The notes beneath the pieces are model-generated. The model saw only the letters and a program-made list of their open reading frames with translations, made no database searches and had not been told where the DNA came from. Below, piece after piece: positions 26,697 to 35,536 of a stretch of 64,000 nucleotides of DNA (within the stretch, counting starts at the first letter, position 1; each line of letters starts with the position of its first letter). This stretch comes from an uncultured Bacteroidales bacterium (GTDB lineage: Bacteria; Bacteroidota; Bacteroidia; Bacteroidales; FEN-979), in the NCBI GenBank assembly GCA_963800585.1, contig CAWDBP010000008.1, positions 262,175 through 326,174 on the forward strand. The letters run 5' to 3'. Made by a program: the position numbers and the translations under genes.

Positions 26697-27146
26697 ATGA
26701 AAAAATTATTTGTACTAATGTCAGCATTCTTGTTGATATGTTTAATGGGTTTTACCCAAAAACTATCAACTGAAAAGGTTCCAGCCCCGGTAAAAAAAGC
26801 CTTTGCAACAAAATTTCCTGCTGCTACCGATGCGAAATTTGAGTTGATTAGTAATTACTATAAAGTCGTCTTTAATGACAAAGGAGTAAATACATCCGCT
26901 AATTATTCTCCGATTGGAAAATGGCTTATAACCGAAACTACAATTTCAGAATCAGATCTGCCAAAAGAAGTTTCTGCTTCTCTTGCCAAGGACTTTGCAG
27001 ATTTCAAGATTTCAGCAGTTACCAAAGTAGAGTCACCGGACAAGCCATTATTTTATACGATGGACTTGCAGAAGGATAAAGAAGGGTATAATGCCCAGTT
27101 CTCTCCCAAAGGAGATGTGTTGAAGAAGACGCCATTGAAGAAATAG
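26697..27146 (+). CDS. PepSY-like (DUF2874-type) secreted protein
   Basis: Signal peptide, then VPAPVKKAFATKFPAATDAKFE... and a second similar half (LPKEVSASLAKDFADFKI). Confidence 0.55.
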   Translation: MKKLFVLMSAFLLICLMGFTQKLSTEKVPAPVKKAFATKFPAATDAKFELISNYYKVVFNDKGVNTSANYSPIGKWLITETTISESDLPKEVSASLAKDFADFKISAVTKVESPDKPLFYTMDLQKDKEGYNAQFSPKGDVLKKTPLKK

Positions 27147-27177
27147 AAGGATTAGAACGAAAAGGATTAATTTTGAG

Positions 27178-27210
27178 AAGTTGGTGGCTCACCCCCCCCA
27201 ACTTTTTTTA
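27178..27210 (+). terminator. Rho-independent terminator
   Basis: AAGTTGG-N13-CCAACTT stem followed by a T7 run. Confidence 0.6.
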
Positions 27211-27248
27211 TGGTTTTCTGCCAGTGTCTATATTCAAGCCATAAATAA

Positions 27249-28520
27249 ATGAACGGTACAAAAAAGATTTCATATAAACTTCTTCATTTCTGGAAAATAC
27301 TTGGACCCGGACTCATTACAGGTGCAAGTGATGATGACCCTTCGGGAATTGCAACCTATTCCCAGGCTGGTGCGGGGTATGGACTTTCGACACTATGGAC
27401 TGCGCTTCTGACATTTCCACTCATGGCCGCAATCCAGGAGATGTGTGCAAGAATTGGTATGATTACCGCACATGGATTGGCAGGAACGCTTAAGACCCAT
27501 TATTCAAAACCTTTATTATACTTGATGTTGCTGTTCAGTTTTCCTGCAATTGTAATGAACATTGGTGCTGACATTGCAGGAATGGGTGCAGTAGGGAACC
27601 TGTTAATCCCTTCAATTCATCCAACCTTCTTCGCCATCGGTTTCACTATCCTGCTTTTAGTATTAATCGTATTTTTACCTTATCAAAAGATTGCTTCTGT
27701 TCTGAAATACCTCTGCATCGTCCTTTTAGTCTATTTTATTGTGCCGTTTTTGTACAAACAAAATTTACTGGCAATAATAAAATCCACTTTTATTCCCACT
27801 CTAAAATTCAACAAAGACTTTATCAGCATTCTAGTTGCTATCCTGGGTACAACCATTTCACCTTATCTTTTCTTCTGGCAGGCAACGATGGAAGTAGAAG
27901 ATATAAAGCAAAAGAAAAAGCATCTCGTAGTAAACAAAAGAATTCTGCACGAGATGAAGCAGGATGTCGATTTCGGAATGCTGTTTTCAAATGTTACCAT
28001 GTTCTTTATCATTCTTACTACGGGAACGGTTTTATTTAATGGAGGAATACATAAGATTGATACCGTTGAACAAGCCGCCCAGGCATTGAAACCATTGGCT
28101 GGGAATTTTGCTTATTTGCTTTTTGCCCTGGGTATCATCGGCACAGGACTCTTAGCTATACCCGTATTATGTGGATCGCTTTCTTATATTGTCACCGAGA
28201 CATTCGGATGGGAAGAAGGGTTGGATAAAAAATTTAACCAGGCAAAAGCATTTTATGTAATCGTTGCCATCTCATTGGTACTGGGATTATCGTTGAATTA
28301 CATCGGTATTTCACCCATTAAAGCGCTGATCTATTCAGCCATTCTTTATGGATTAACTGCCCCGGTTTTAATTGCCATTATTCTTCATATTTCCAATAAC
28401 AAGAAAATAATGGGGGAGAATACAAATACAAAAACGTCCAACATTCTTGGTGCTGCAACATTAGTTGTTATGACCGTTGCTGCTATAATATTAATTTACT
28501 TACAGATTAAGCAAATTTAG
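27249..28520 (+). CDS. Nramp-family divalent metal cation transporter
   Basis: GPGLITGASDDDPSGIATYSQAGA near the N-terminus and about 11 TM segments. Confidence 0.75.
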   Translation: MNGTKKISYKLLHFWKILGPGLITGASDDDPSGIATYSQAGAGYGLSTLWTALLTFPLMAAIQEMCARIGMITAHGLAGTLKTHYSKPLLYLMLLFSFPAIVMNIGADIAGMGAVGNLLIPSIHPTFFAIGFTILLLVLIVFLPYQKIASVLKYLCIVLLVYFIVPFLYKQNLLAIIKSTFIPTLKFNKDFISILVAILGTTISPYLFFWQATMEVEDIKQKKKHLVVNKRILHEMKQDVDFGMLFSNVTMFFIILTTGTVLFNGGIHKIDTVEQAAQALKPLAGNFAYLLFALGIIGTGLLAIPVLCGSLSYIVTETFGWEEGLDKKFNQAKAFYVIVAISLVLGLSLNYIGISPIKALIYSAILYGLTAPVLIAIILHISNNKKIMGENTNTKTSNILGAATLVVMTVAAIILIYLQIKQI

Positions 28521-28557
28521 ATCTGAATAATGTCTCACACGGATATCATTATTGAAT

Positions 28558-29436
28558 TTATTCTTCTGCTAACCATTTGTAATCGGGCTTTGCGGGTATG
28601 AAATCCTTAATGTCTGCTTCTGGTGAATTGCTTTCCATAAAAAGGATCTTGGTGTCGGAGATCTTATACATGGTCCGGTATAATCCGGAACTTGTCTGAA
28701 TGGGTTTCTCATTGGCCGACATTATAACCGCGTTCGATTTTATGATAAAAGAATTCAGGGATGTCTCATCAGGGAAAGTGATCCTTGCAAGTATTCCTGC
28801 ATAATCAGGAGTACTAATATTCATTGTATACAAATGAAAGCTGAGATTCTCGAACATATCGGACCAAACTGGCAATCCTCTCTTTAATCCAAGAGGTCCC
28901 TTAAAATAGTGAAGGGTATTTGTAAATGGAGCTACTTTCTCACTCTGGGTCAGGGCAGGAGCATACCATATTTCCTGGGGATTTTTATCAATAAACAGTT
29001 TCACTAATTGTTCACAAAGTGCTTGACCTGACTGAGTGCCTGTCTTGTTACTTGCATAAATAAAGAATGACCCATGGACCGCTACAACGTGGTAAAGTGA
29101 TATACAGGAAAAAGAACCAAAGAGATTCATTTGGTCGCAGTGGGAAATTGACACTGAATAGATACCAAAGGCAGAAGGAGCATTTCCCATGATATAAACT
29201 TCAAGAGCGGCTTGTTCAATCCCCAGCAGGTATTCATTGACAAATATTTTTTTTAATCCATATTCGAGGAATAAATCTGCACTATTGCCAAGATAGTCAT
29301 TCATTTTTCCTTCAGCAAAATTATTGCTTGAAAGGATCCTGATTCCCTGGATATCCGTTTCTGAGATCTGTTGAATATTCTGCGCTAACCCACTTAAAGA
29401 GCAGATGATCAATGGAATGTAAAGGTATTTTTTCAT
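28558..29436 (-). CDS. Secreted hypothetical protein (292 aa)
   Basis: Signal peptide MKKYLYIPLIICSLSGLAQ. No family recognised. Motif copy 11 lies directly upstream. Confidence 0.5.
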   Translation of the reverse strand: MKKYLYIPLIICSLSGLAQNIQQISETDIQGIRILSSNNFAEGKMNDYLGNSADLFLEYGLKKIFVNEYLLGIEQAALEVYIMGNAPSAFGIYSVSISHCDQMNLFGSFSCISLYHVVAVHGSFFIYASNKTGTQSGQALCEQLVKLFIDKNPQEIWYAPALTQSEKVAPFTNTLHYFKGPLGLKRGLPVWSDMFENLSFHLYTMNISTPDYAGILARITFPDETSLNSFIIKSNAVIMSANEKPIQTSSGLYRTMYKISDTKILFMESNSPEADIKDFIPAKPDYKWLAEE

Positions 29437-29462
29437 ACATTTTATTTGAAAGTATCACTTTA

Positions 29463-29530
29463 CAAAAGTGCATACATTTAAACAAATAGCGTTACAAAAC
29501 AATGAAAATAAGTTACATCATTCACACATT
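29463..29530 (-). promoter_or_regulatory. Island promoter motif, copy 11
   Basis: Reverse complement reads AATGTGTGAATGATGTAAC-N15-TGTAACGC-N23-TTTG (CACTTTTGTAAAGTGA). Lies 26 nt upstream of the ATG. Confidence 0.65.
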
Positions 29531-29575
29531 ATCAGATTTGTTTTGTTTTTTTGTCAATTACCAGGTCATCTCTCA

Positions 29576-29644
29576 AATGTGTGAATTATGTAAGATAAAA
29601 TTGAATTTATGTAACACAAATAACTAAAATCGTAGTCATTTTTG
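29576..29644 (+). promoter_or_regulatory. Island promoter motif, copy 12 (divergent partner of copy 11)
   Basis: AATGTGTGAATTATGTAAG-N15-TGTAACAC-N24-TTTG. The inter-box spacer is almost identical to that of copy 9. Confidence 0.6.
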
Positions 29645-29760
29645 CAAACGTATTATTCATGTTGACCGAAATGGAAGATGTTTAAAAAAGTTGTAAGTTT
29701 TTTTGCATTATTAGACTTGATTCCTGTTCATGAATGTCGCATTTGAAATTAAAAACGATC

Positions 29761-31242
29761 ATGAATGTACTGTTGATCTATCCGCAATACCCGGATTCCT
29801 TTTGGAGCTATAAGTACGCTTTACGGTTTATTTCTAAGAAAGCAGCTTTGCCACCTCTTGGATTAATAACCGTATCCGCAATGCTTCCTGCAACCTGGGA
29901 GAAAAAATTGGTGGATATGAATGTGACCTCTCTTTTGGTTAAGGATCTCCAGTGGGCCGACTTCGTTTTCATCAGTGCGATGTACATTCAAAGGGATTCC
30001 GTTAAAAAAATCATTGTTGAATGTGTAAAACAGGGAACAAAGATGGTTGCAGGTGGCCCTCTATTTACTCAGGATTACCTGGACTATCCCGAAATCGATC
30101 ACTTTATCCTGAATGAGGCAGAGTATACATTACCAATGTTTCTCGACGATTTAGATGAGGGTAACCCGCAAAAAGTTTACAAGACGAAGGAATTTCCCCA
30201 AATATCGTCCACCCCTGTCCCTGATTACCATTTGTTATCAATTGACAAATATGCAACTATGAACCTCCAGATCTCGCGGGGATGCCCGTTTTCCTGCGAA
30301 TTTTGTGAAATAACTTCGCTTTTTGGTCATAAAGTAAGATTAAAATCGACACAACAGATATTGGCCGAACTTGAACAATTATATATGCTGAACTGGCGGG
30401 GGGCAATATTTATCGTGGACGATAATTTTATTGGAAATAAAAAGGTCATAAAATATGAATTGCTTCCTGCAATAAGAGATTGGATGAAGAATCACAAATA
30501 CCCCTTTACATTCAATACCGAAGCCTCTATAGATCTGGCCGATGATGAAGAACTGATCCGGCTGATGGCCGATACCGGGTTTAATTCAGTTTTTATCGGA
30601 ATAGAAACCCCGGAGGAAAGTTCATTGAATGAATGTAATAAGGTTCAAAACAAAAACCGTGATCTTATCCATTGTGTTAAAATTATTCAGCAAGGCGGAT
30701 TGCAGGTTTCAGGTGGTTTTATTGTTGGTTTCGACAACGATTCCCCATCCGTATTTCAGCGACAGATCGATTTTATACAGCAAAGTGGAATAGTTGCAGC
30801 CATGGTAGGGCTTTTAAATGCACCTAAAAATACACGACTTTATAAGAGGCTTGAAGCAGAAAACAGGATAACGATTGATGCGACCGGAAACAATACCGAT
30901 TTTTCCATGAATTTTATCCCAAAGATGGATATTAACGAACTTCTGAATGGTTACAAAAAAGTAATTCAGGATATTTATGCTGTAAAACCCTATTATAAAA
31001 GAATCCGGCAATTACTTATGAATTATAATCCCGGCTTTAAAAAACCCGAAAAATTCACTTTCAATGCTCTGAATGCTTTTTTTAAATCCATCTTAATCAT
31101 AGGTTTACGAAATAAAGGTAGAAGCCATTATTGGAAATTATTAATATGGACCCTTTTCAGGCGTCCTGCATTGGTGACCGAAGCATTGACCTTCTCAATC
31201 TATGGGTATCATTACAGAAAAGTGTTTGGATTATCGGGTTAA
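29761..31242 (+). CDS. B12-binding-domain radical SAM protein (DUF4070-type C-terminus)
   Basis: MNVLLIYPQYPDSFWS...PPLGLITVSAMLP (B12-binding-like N-terminus) and the SRGCPFSCEFC radical SAM CxxxCxxC motif. The ORF is open from 29734. Confidence 0.8.
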   Translation: MNVLLIYPQYPDSFWSYKYALRFISKKAALPPLGLITVSAMLPATWEKKLVDMNVTSLLVKDLQWADFVFISAMYIQRDSVKKIIVECVKQGTKMVAGGPLFTQDYLDYPEIDHFILNEAEYTLPMFLDDLDEGNPQKVYKTKEFPQISSTPVPDYHLLSIDKYATMNLQISRGCPFSCEFCEITSLFGHKVRLKSTQQILAELEQLYMLNWRGAIFIVDDNFIGNKKVIKYELLPAIRDWMKNHKYPFTFNTEASIDLADDEELIRLMADTGFNSVFIGIETPEESSLNECNKVQNKNRDLIHCVKIIQQGGLQVSGGFIVGFDNDSPSVFQRQIDFIQQSGIVAAMVGLLNAPKNTRLYKRLEAENRITIDATGNNTDFSMNFIPKMDINELLNGYKKVIQDIYAVKPYYKRIRQLLMNYNPGFKKPEKFTFNALNAFFKSILIIGLRNKGRSHYWKLLIWTLFRRPALVTEALTFSIYGYHYRKVFGLSG

Positions 31243-31374
31243 CAAAACTTACCCCGGAGTTGTACTTTTCCATCCATGTCATAGTACCATCTTTATAATA
31301 CAAAACAATTTATCAACTTTTATGGTATTGTCAATGCCTAATTCTAAATTTGCATGAATTTTTATAGACAGGGA

Positions 31375-33318
31375 ATGGCAAAGAAATCGAAAAAGAGATC
31401 CGGATTATATGAGGGAAACATTTTACTGGTGACCTTATTGAGGTTGCTGGTGGTGTTGGTCTTCTTTTTTATTTCCAGAATTTGTTTCTATCTCTTTAAC
31501 CTGCATTATTTCTCCAGTCTCAGTTTCGGCGAGGCGATGAGAATATTCTTTCTTGGATTGCGCTTCGATATCTCTGCTATCCTCATCATCAATTTCCCTG
31601 TTATTTTTTTTAACAGTATCCCTTTCAGATTCAGATACAATAAAGTGTACCAGGGATTTGTGAACGTTTTCTTTTACATTGTGAATATTACGGGATTACT
31701 GGTGAATTTTATCGACCTGGTTTATTTCCGTTTTACATTAAAACGGCTTACTGCCGATATTTTTTCCTATTTGTCTGTTGGAGGGGATTTTGGTAAACTG
31801 ATTCCACAGTTCATCCATGATTTCTGGTATGTTCCCATATTGTGGATACTGCTTTCTCTGCTGCTCATCTATTGCGCTACACGGTTCAAAGTGGTTGCTC
31901 CTCACGCCAAATCAAAAGGTAAAATTAAGTACCTTATTGTCCATTCATTCTTATTCGTTCTGGTAGGTTTCATCACTATTATAGGGATTCGTGGAGGAAC
32001 CCAACTTCGTCCCATCGGTATCATCACGGCTGGCAATTATACAACGGCAAAGAATATTCCTCTCCTTCTGAATACCCCCTTTTCTATTGCCCGCACCATT
32101 GGTCATGGATCGCTTCAGACCCTGTTGTACTACAAAAAAGATGATCAGTTAGAAAAAGTTTACACCCCGGTACATAAACCAAAAACAGATCATTTCAAAA
32201 AGCTGAATGTCATGATCATTATCATGGAAAGCTTTTCAAAGGAACATATCGGATACCTGAATAAGGACCTGGAAAACGGCGAATACAAGGGGTTTACGCC
32301 CTTTCTCGATTCCCTTATACCGCATGGTCTTTTACTGAATGGTTTTGCCAACGGGAAGACCTCCATCCACGGAATCCCTGCAGTTCTTTCAGGCATTCCT
32401 TCCCTGATGGATGAATCCTTCATTCAGTCGAATTATTCCACGGATAAAATTCACAGCCTGGCCGATCTGCTGAAACAAAAAGGATATACTTCTGCTTTTT
32501 TTCACGGTGGTACGAATGGTACAATGGGCTTTGATTCCTATACCAAAATGACCGGATTCGATCATTATTATGGAAGAACTGAGTACAATAATGAGGCGGA
32601 TTATGATGGGAAATGGGGGATCCGGGATGAGGAGTTCTTTCAATACACAAAAAGAACGATGGATCATATTCCACAGCCATTCATGGTAGCTATTTTTTCA
32701 CTTTCTTCACATCATCCATATCATGTGCCGGCGAAATATGCACATAAATTCCGGAAAGGCAAACTCCCGATACAGGTTAGCATAATGTATGCCGATTATT
32801 CGCTTGGTAAGTTCTTTGAATCTGCGAAAAAAATGCCCTGGTACAAGAATACACTTTTCGTGATTACTGCAGATCATGCTTCAGAGGGATACTATCCCTA
32901 TTACCAGACAGATGCCGGCCAATTTGCGATCCCAATCTTTTTTTTCAGGCCGGGTGAAAAACTTCAGGGAAAAGCTTCAGAGATCGCAGCGCAAACTGAT
33001 ATTATGCCATCGGTACTCGATTATCTGAATTTCAACAAAGATTTTGTCGCTTTCGGCAACAGCGTTTTTGATACTGCTGTTCCGCATTTTTCGGTTCATT
33101 ATATTTCAGGGTTGTATGGTATGATTAAAGACGGATATCTGCTCGAATTCAATGGTATGAAAACCACTGCTTTTTTTGATCTCCGGAATGACAAACTGCA
33201 AAAAATAAACCTGGCCGGAAAGAACCTGGCGGTCATGAAGAGCCTGGAAGATTTTCTGAAGGCCTATCTGCAGCAATATAACAACAGGCTGATCGAGAAC
33301 CGGTTGACTGCTGAATAA
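31375..33318 (+). CDS. LtaS/MdoB-like membrane-anchored sulfatase-family phosphoglycerol or phosphoethanolamine transferase
   Basis: Five N-terminal TM helices plus an alkaline-phosphatase-superfamily domain (NVMIIIMESFSKE..., ITADHASEG). A TAAATTTG box at 31345-31352 argues for the Met at 31375 rather than 31354. Confidence 0.75.
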   Translation: MAKKSKKRSGLYEGNILLVTLLRLLVVLVFFFISRICFYLFNLHYFSSLSFGEAMRIFFLGLRFDISAILIINFPVIFFNSIPFRFRYNKVYQGFVNVFFYIVNITGLLVNFIDLVYFRFTLKRLTADIFSYLSVGGDFGKLIPQFIHDFWYVPILWILLSLLLIYCATRFKVVAPHAKSKGKIKYLIVHSFLFVLVGFITIIGIRGGTQLRPIGIITAGNYTTAKNIPLLLNTPFSIARTIGHGSLQTLLYYKKDDQLEKVYTPVHKPKTDHFKKLNVMIIIMESFSKEHIGYLNKDLENGEYKGFTPFLDSLIPHGLLLNGFANGKTSIHGIPAVLSGIPSLMDESFIQSNYSTDKIHSLADLLKQKGYTSAFFHGGTNGTMGFDSYTKMTGFDHYYGRTEYNNEADYDGKWGIRDEEFFQYTKRTMDHIPQPFMVAIFSLSSHHPYHVPAKYAHKFRKGKLPIQVSIMYADYSLGKFFESAKKMPWYKNTLFVITADHASEGYYPYYQTDAGQFAIPIFFFRPGEKLQGKASEIAAQTDIMPSVLDYLNFNKDFVAFGNSVFDTAVPHFSVHYISGLYGMIKDGYLLEFNGMKTTAFFDLRNDKLQKINLAGKNLAVMKSLEDFLKAYLQQYNNRLIENRLTAE

Positions 33319-33324
33319 TTTGAA

Positions 33325-34215
33325 ATGGAAGAACAACCCAGAAAAAAAGTCCTCCTGTTTATCATCAATCCCATCTCCGGAATCGGGAAGCAAAAGAATA
33401 TTGAGGCGTTGATCAGCAAACATACAGATACTTCCATCTTTGATTACAAGGTTAAATTCACAAAGGAACCAGGTCATGGCACTGAACTGGCCAAAGAAGC
33501 CGTGACATCGGGTGTGGATGTAGTGGTCGCCATCGGTGGCGACGGAACAGTGAATGAGATCGGGCAGGCTTTGGTTGGTTCCGGCACAGCTTTGGGAATT
33601 ATTCCTACGGGTTCAGGAAACGGGCTGGCACGACACCTGAAGATCCCATTCTCTTTTGAAAAGGCTATTGATGTTATTAACCATTGCAGAATACGGAAGA
33701 TCGACACTGCAACGATCAACGACCAGGTCTTTTTAAGCATCGCTGGCGTTGGATATGATGCCTTTGTTGCGAAAAAATTCGCGGGTGCCCCCAAAAGAGG
33801 TTTCTTCACTTATTTCCGGATTGTTTCCAATGAATATACTCAATACCATCCGAAAAAATATATACTCGAGGTCGATGGAAAAATTATCCGGCGCAAGGCT
33901 TTATCCATCACTTTTGCCAATTCCAACCAGTTTGGAAATAATACTTCTATTGATCCTCATGCAAAGCTCGATGATGGCCTGATCGATGTGTGCATTGTTC
34001 GCAGGATCCCGTTGTGGTTGGTACCATTTTATGTCCCCATGCTTTTCTTTAAAACCTTCCACAAAACGCATTATATCGAGATCATACGGGCAAAGAAGGC
34101 AGTCGTCACACGAAAGAAAGGGAAGACAATCCACCTGGACGGTGATCCTTTAAAGACTGGAAAAGTCCTGGAAATGAAAGTAAATCCTTTATCTTTGAAC
34201 ATCATTGTTCCTTAA
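33325..34215 (+). CDS. Diacylglycerol-kinase-family lipid kinase (YegS/BmrU-like)
   Basis: VLLFIINPISG..., GGDGTVNE and PTGSGNGLAR motifs. Confidence 0.85.
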   Translation: MEEQPRKKVLLFIINPISGIGKQKNIEALISKHTDTSIFDYKVKFTKEPGHGTELAKEAVTSGVDVVVAIGGDGTVNEIGQALVGSGTALGIIPTGSGNGLARHLKIPFSFEKAIDVINHCRIRKIDTATINDQVFLSIAGVGYDAFVAKKFAGAPKRGFFTYFRIVSNEYTQYHPKKYILEVDGKIIRRKALSITFANSNQFGNNTSIDPHAKLDDGLIDVCIVRRIPLWLVPFYVPMLFFKTFHKTHYIEIIRAKKAVVTRKKGKTIHLDGDPLKTGKVLEMKVNPLSLNIIVP

Positions 34216-34222
34216 TAAAAAG

Positions 34223-35401
34223 ATGAAAGAATTTCACCACTATACATTTACAGAACAATTCAGGGACCTTCTGATCAATTGGGGATTCTCTGGTAAGATC
34301 GCCAATTACATAGTCGACTTCTTCGGTTTGTTTGTAGTCTTCCTGGCATCGGTTATTGTCTACTACATCCTTAAATTCATAATCAACCGTTTCCTGAAAA
34401 GGGTGATCATGAAATCAAGGAACAAGTGGAATGATTACTTATATGAGTATAAAGTATTCCCCCGCTTATGCCTCATCATTCCTGCTTTGATCATCGATCT
34501 TTTCCTGACCTCCATAATTTCAGATTATCCAAAGGCAATCCATTTTATTGAAGTAGTGCTCGAGGTCTATTCAGCCACCATTATCATCCTGGTTGCCAAT
34601 TCCTTCCTGAATTTAGTACTTAATATCTATGGAGATCTTGCAGTTGCCAGTACCAAACCGATCAAAGGATATGTGCAGATTCTTAAGATCGTGGTTTTCG
34701 TAATAGGAGCCATCATTATCGGTTCAATGCTGATCGGCCAGTCTCCATTGACCCTCCTGGCGGGATTAGGCGCTCTTTCTGCAGTGCTTTTGTTGATCTT
34801 CAAAGATCCGATCCTGGGTTTTGTGGCCGGGATACAACTTTCAACCAATAATATGCTGCAGATCGGGGATTGGATCAGTATGCCGGCCCACAATGTCGAC
34901 GGAACCGTAATTGATATTTCTCTCGTTATCATTAAAGTGAGGAACTGGGATAATTCTGTAAGTACTATTCCCACGTATAGCCTGATCAGTGAATCGTTTC
35001 AGAATTGGAGAGACATGATGTCAGCGGGAGGAAGGAGATTGAAACGTTCCGTACAGCTTGACATCAACAGCATTAAACCCTGCACCAATGATCTGCTGAA
35101 AAAGCTTGAGAAATACAACCTGCCTGAAATAATTTCAGGCATGCACGCCACTGACCAAACCAACCTGGGATGTTTCCGGTACTATCTTATAGACCTTTTA
35201 CGCTTGAATCCGAACGTAAATCAACAGATGTCAATCCTTGTCAGACAATTGCAGCCAACTCAATTCGGACTGCTGCTTGAAATCATTGTTTACAGCCTCA
35301 ACCCTGATTACGTCATGTTTGAAGATTTCCAGTCCACCCTGTTTGAACACATTTTCTCTGTACTCCCTGATTTTGAACTCAAAGCTTATCAATCAAGGTA
35401 G
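34223..35401 (+). CDS. MscS-family mechanosensitive channel
   Basis: TM helices followed by LLIFKDPILGFVAGIQLSTNNMLQIGDWI...GTVIDISL... (MscS pore/beta domain). ATG at 34223 within the ORF that starts at 34205. Confidence 0.8.
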   Translation: MKEFHHYTFTEQFRDLLINWGFSGKIANYIVDFFGLFVVFLASVIVYYILKFIINRFLKRVIMKSRNKWNDYLYEYKVFPRLCLIIPALIIDLFLTSIISDYPKAIHFIEVVLEVYSATIIILVANSFLNLVLNIYGDLAVASTKPIKGYVQILKIVVFVIGAIIIGSMLIGQSPLTLLAGLGALSAVLLLIFKDPILGFVAGIQLSTNNMLQIGDWISMPAHNVDGTVIDISLVIIKVRNWDNSVSTIPTYSLISESFQNWRDMMSAGGRRLKRSVQLDINSIKPCTNDLLKKLEKYNLPEIISGMHATDQTNLGCFRYYLIDLLRLNPNVNQQMSILVRQLQPTQFGLLLEIIVYSLNPDYVMFEDFQSTLFEHIFSVLPDFELKAYQSR

Positions 35402-35536
35402 CCCTCACCTCTCTGATTATTCAAAAAATCCAACCTCAACCAGGATAACATCCCTCATTGGGGTTGGATTTTTCAATCTTTGTCAGCACATTAAAAATGT
35501 ATCTTTGAGTTATTTATTCTTAAAAATAATATTGAC

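Noticed and set aside
27147-27248. A possible metal riboswitch upstream of the Nramp transporter
   Set aside because: The spacer contains only a terminator hairpin (AAGTTGG...CCAACTT + T7) for the preceding gene and AT-rich sequence. I could find no conserved riboswitch-like core.
3857-29644. Reading the recurrent motif as an ECF-sigma promoter (TGTAAC as -35, similar to SigX/SigW-type TGTAAC/TGAAAC-N16-17-CGxC)
   Set aside because: The semi-conserved CG-containing element (gaCGcA) lies 19-20 nt after the proximal GTAAC, not 16-17 nt. The most conserved downstream element is a sigma-A-like nAnCTTTG box at the normal Bacteroidota distance. A dedicated sigma cannot be excluded, so this stays as an alternative in the main finding rather than a call.
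3857-29644. The 12 motif copies as a MITE or other mobile repeat family
   Set aside because: Only the short boxes and their spacing are conserved, and the intervening spacers mostly differ. There are no terminal inverted repeats or target duplications. Every copy is oriented toward a start codon, which is how a regulatory site behaves, not a mobile element.
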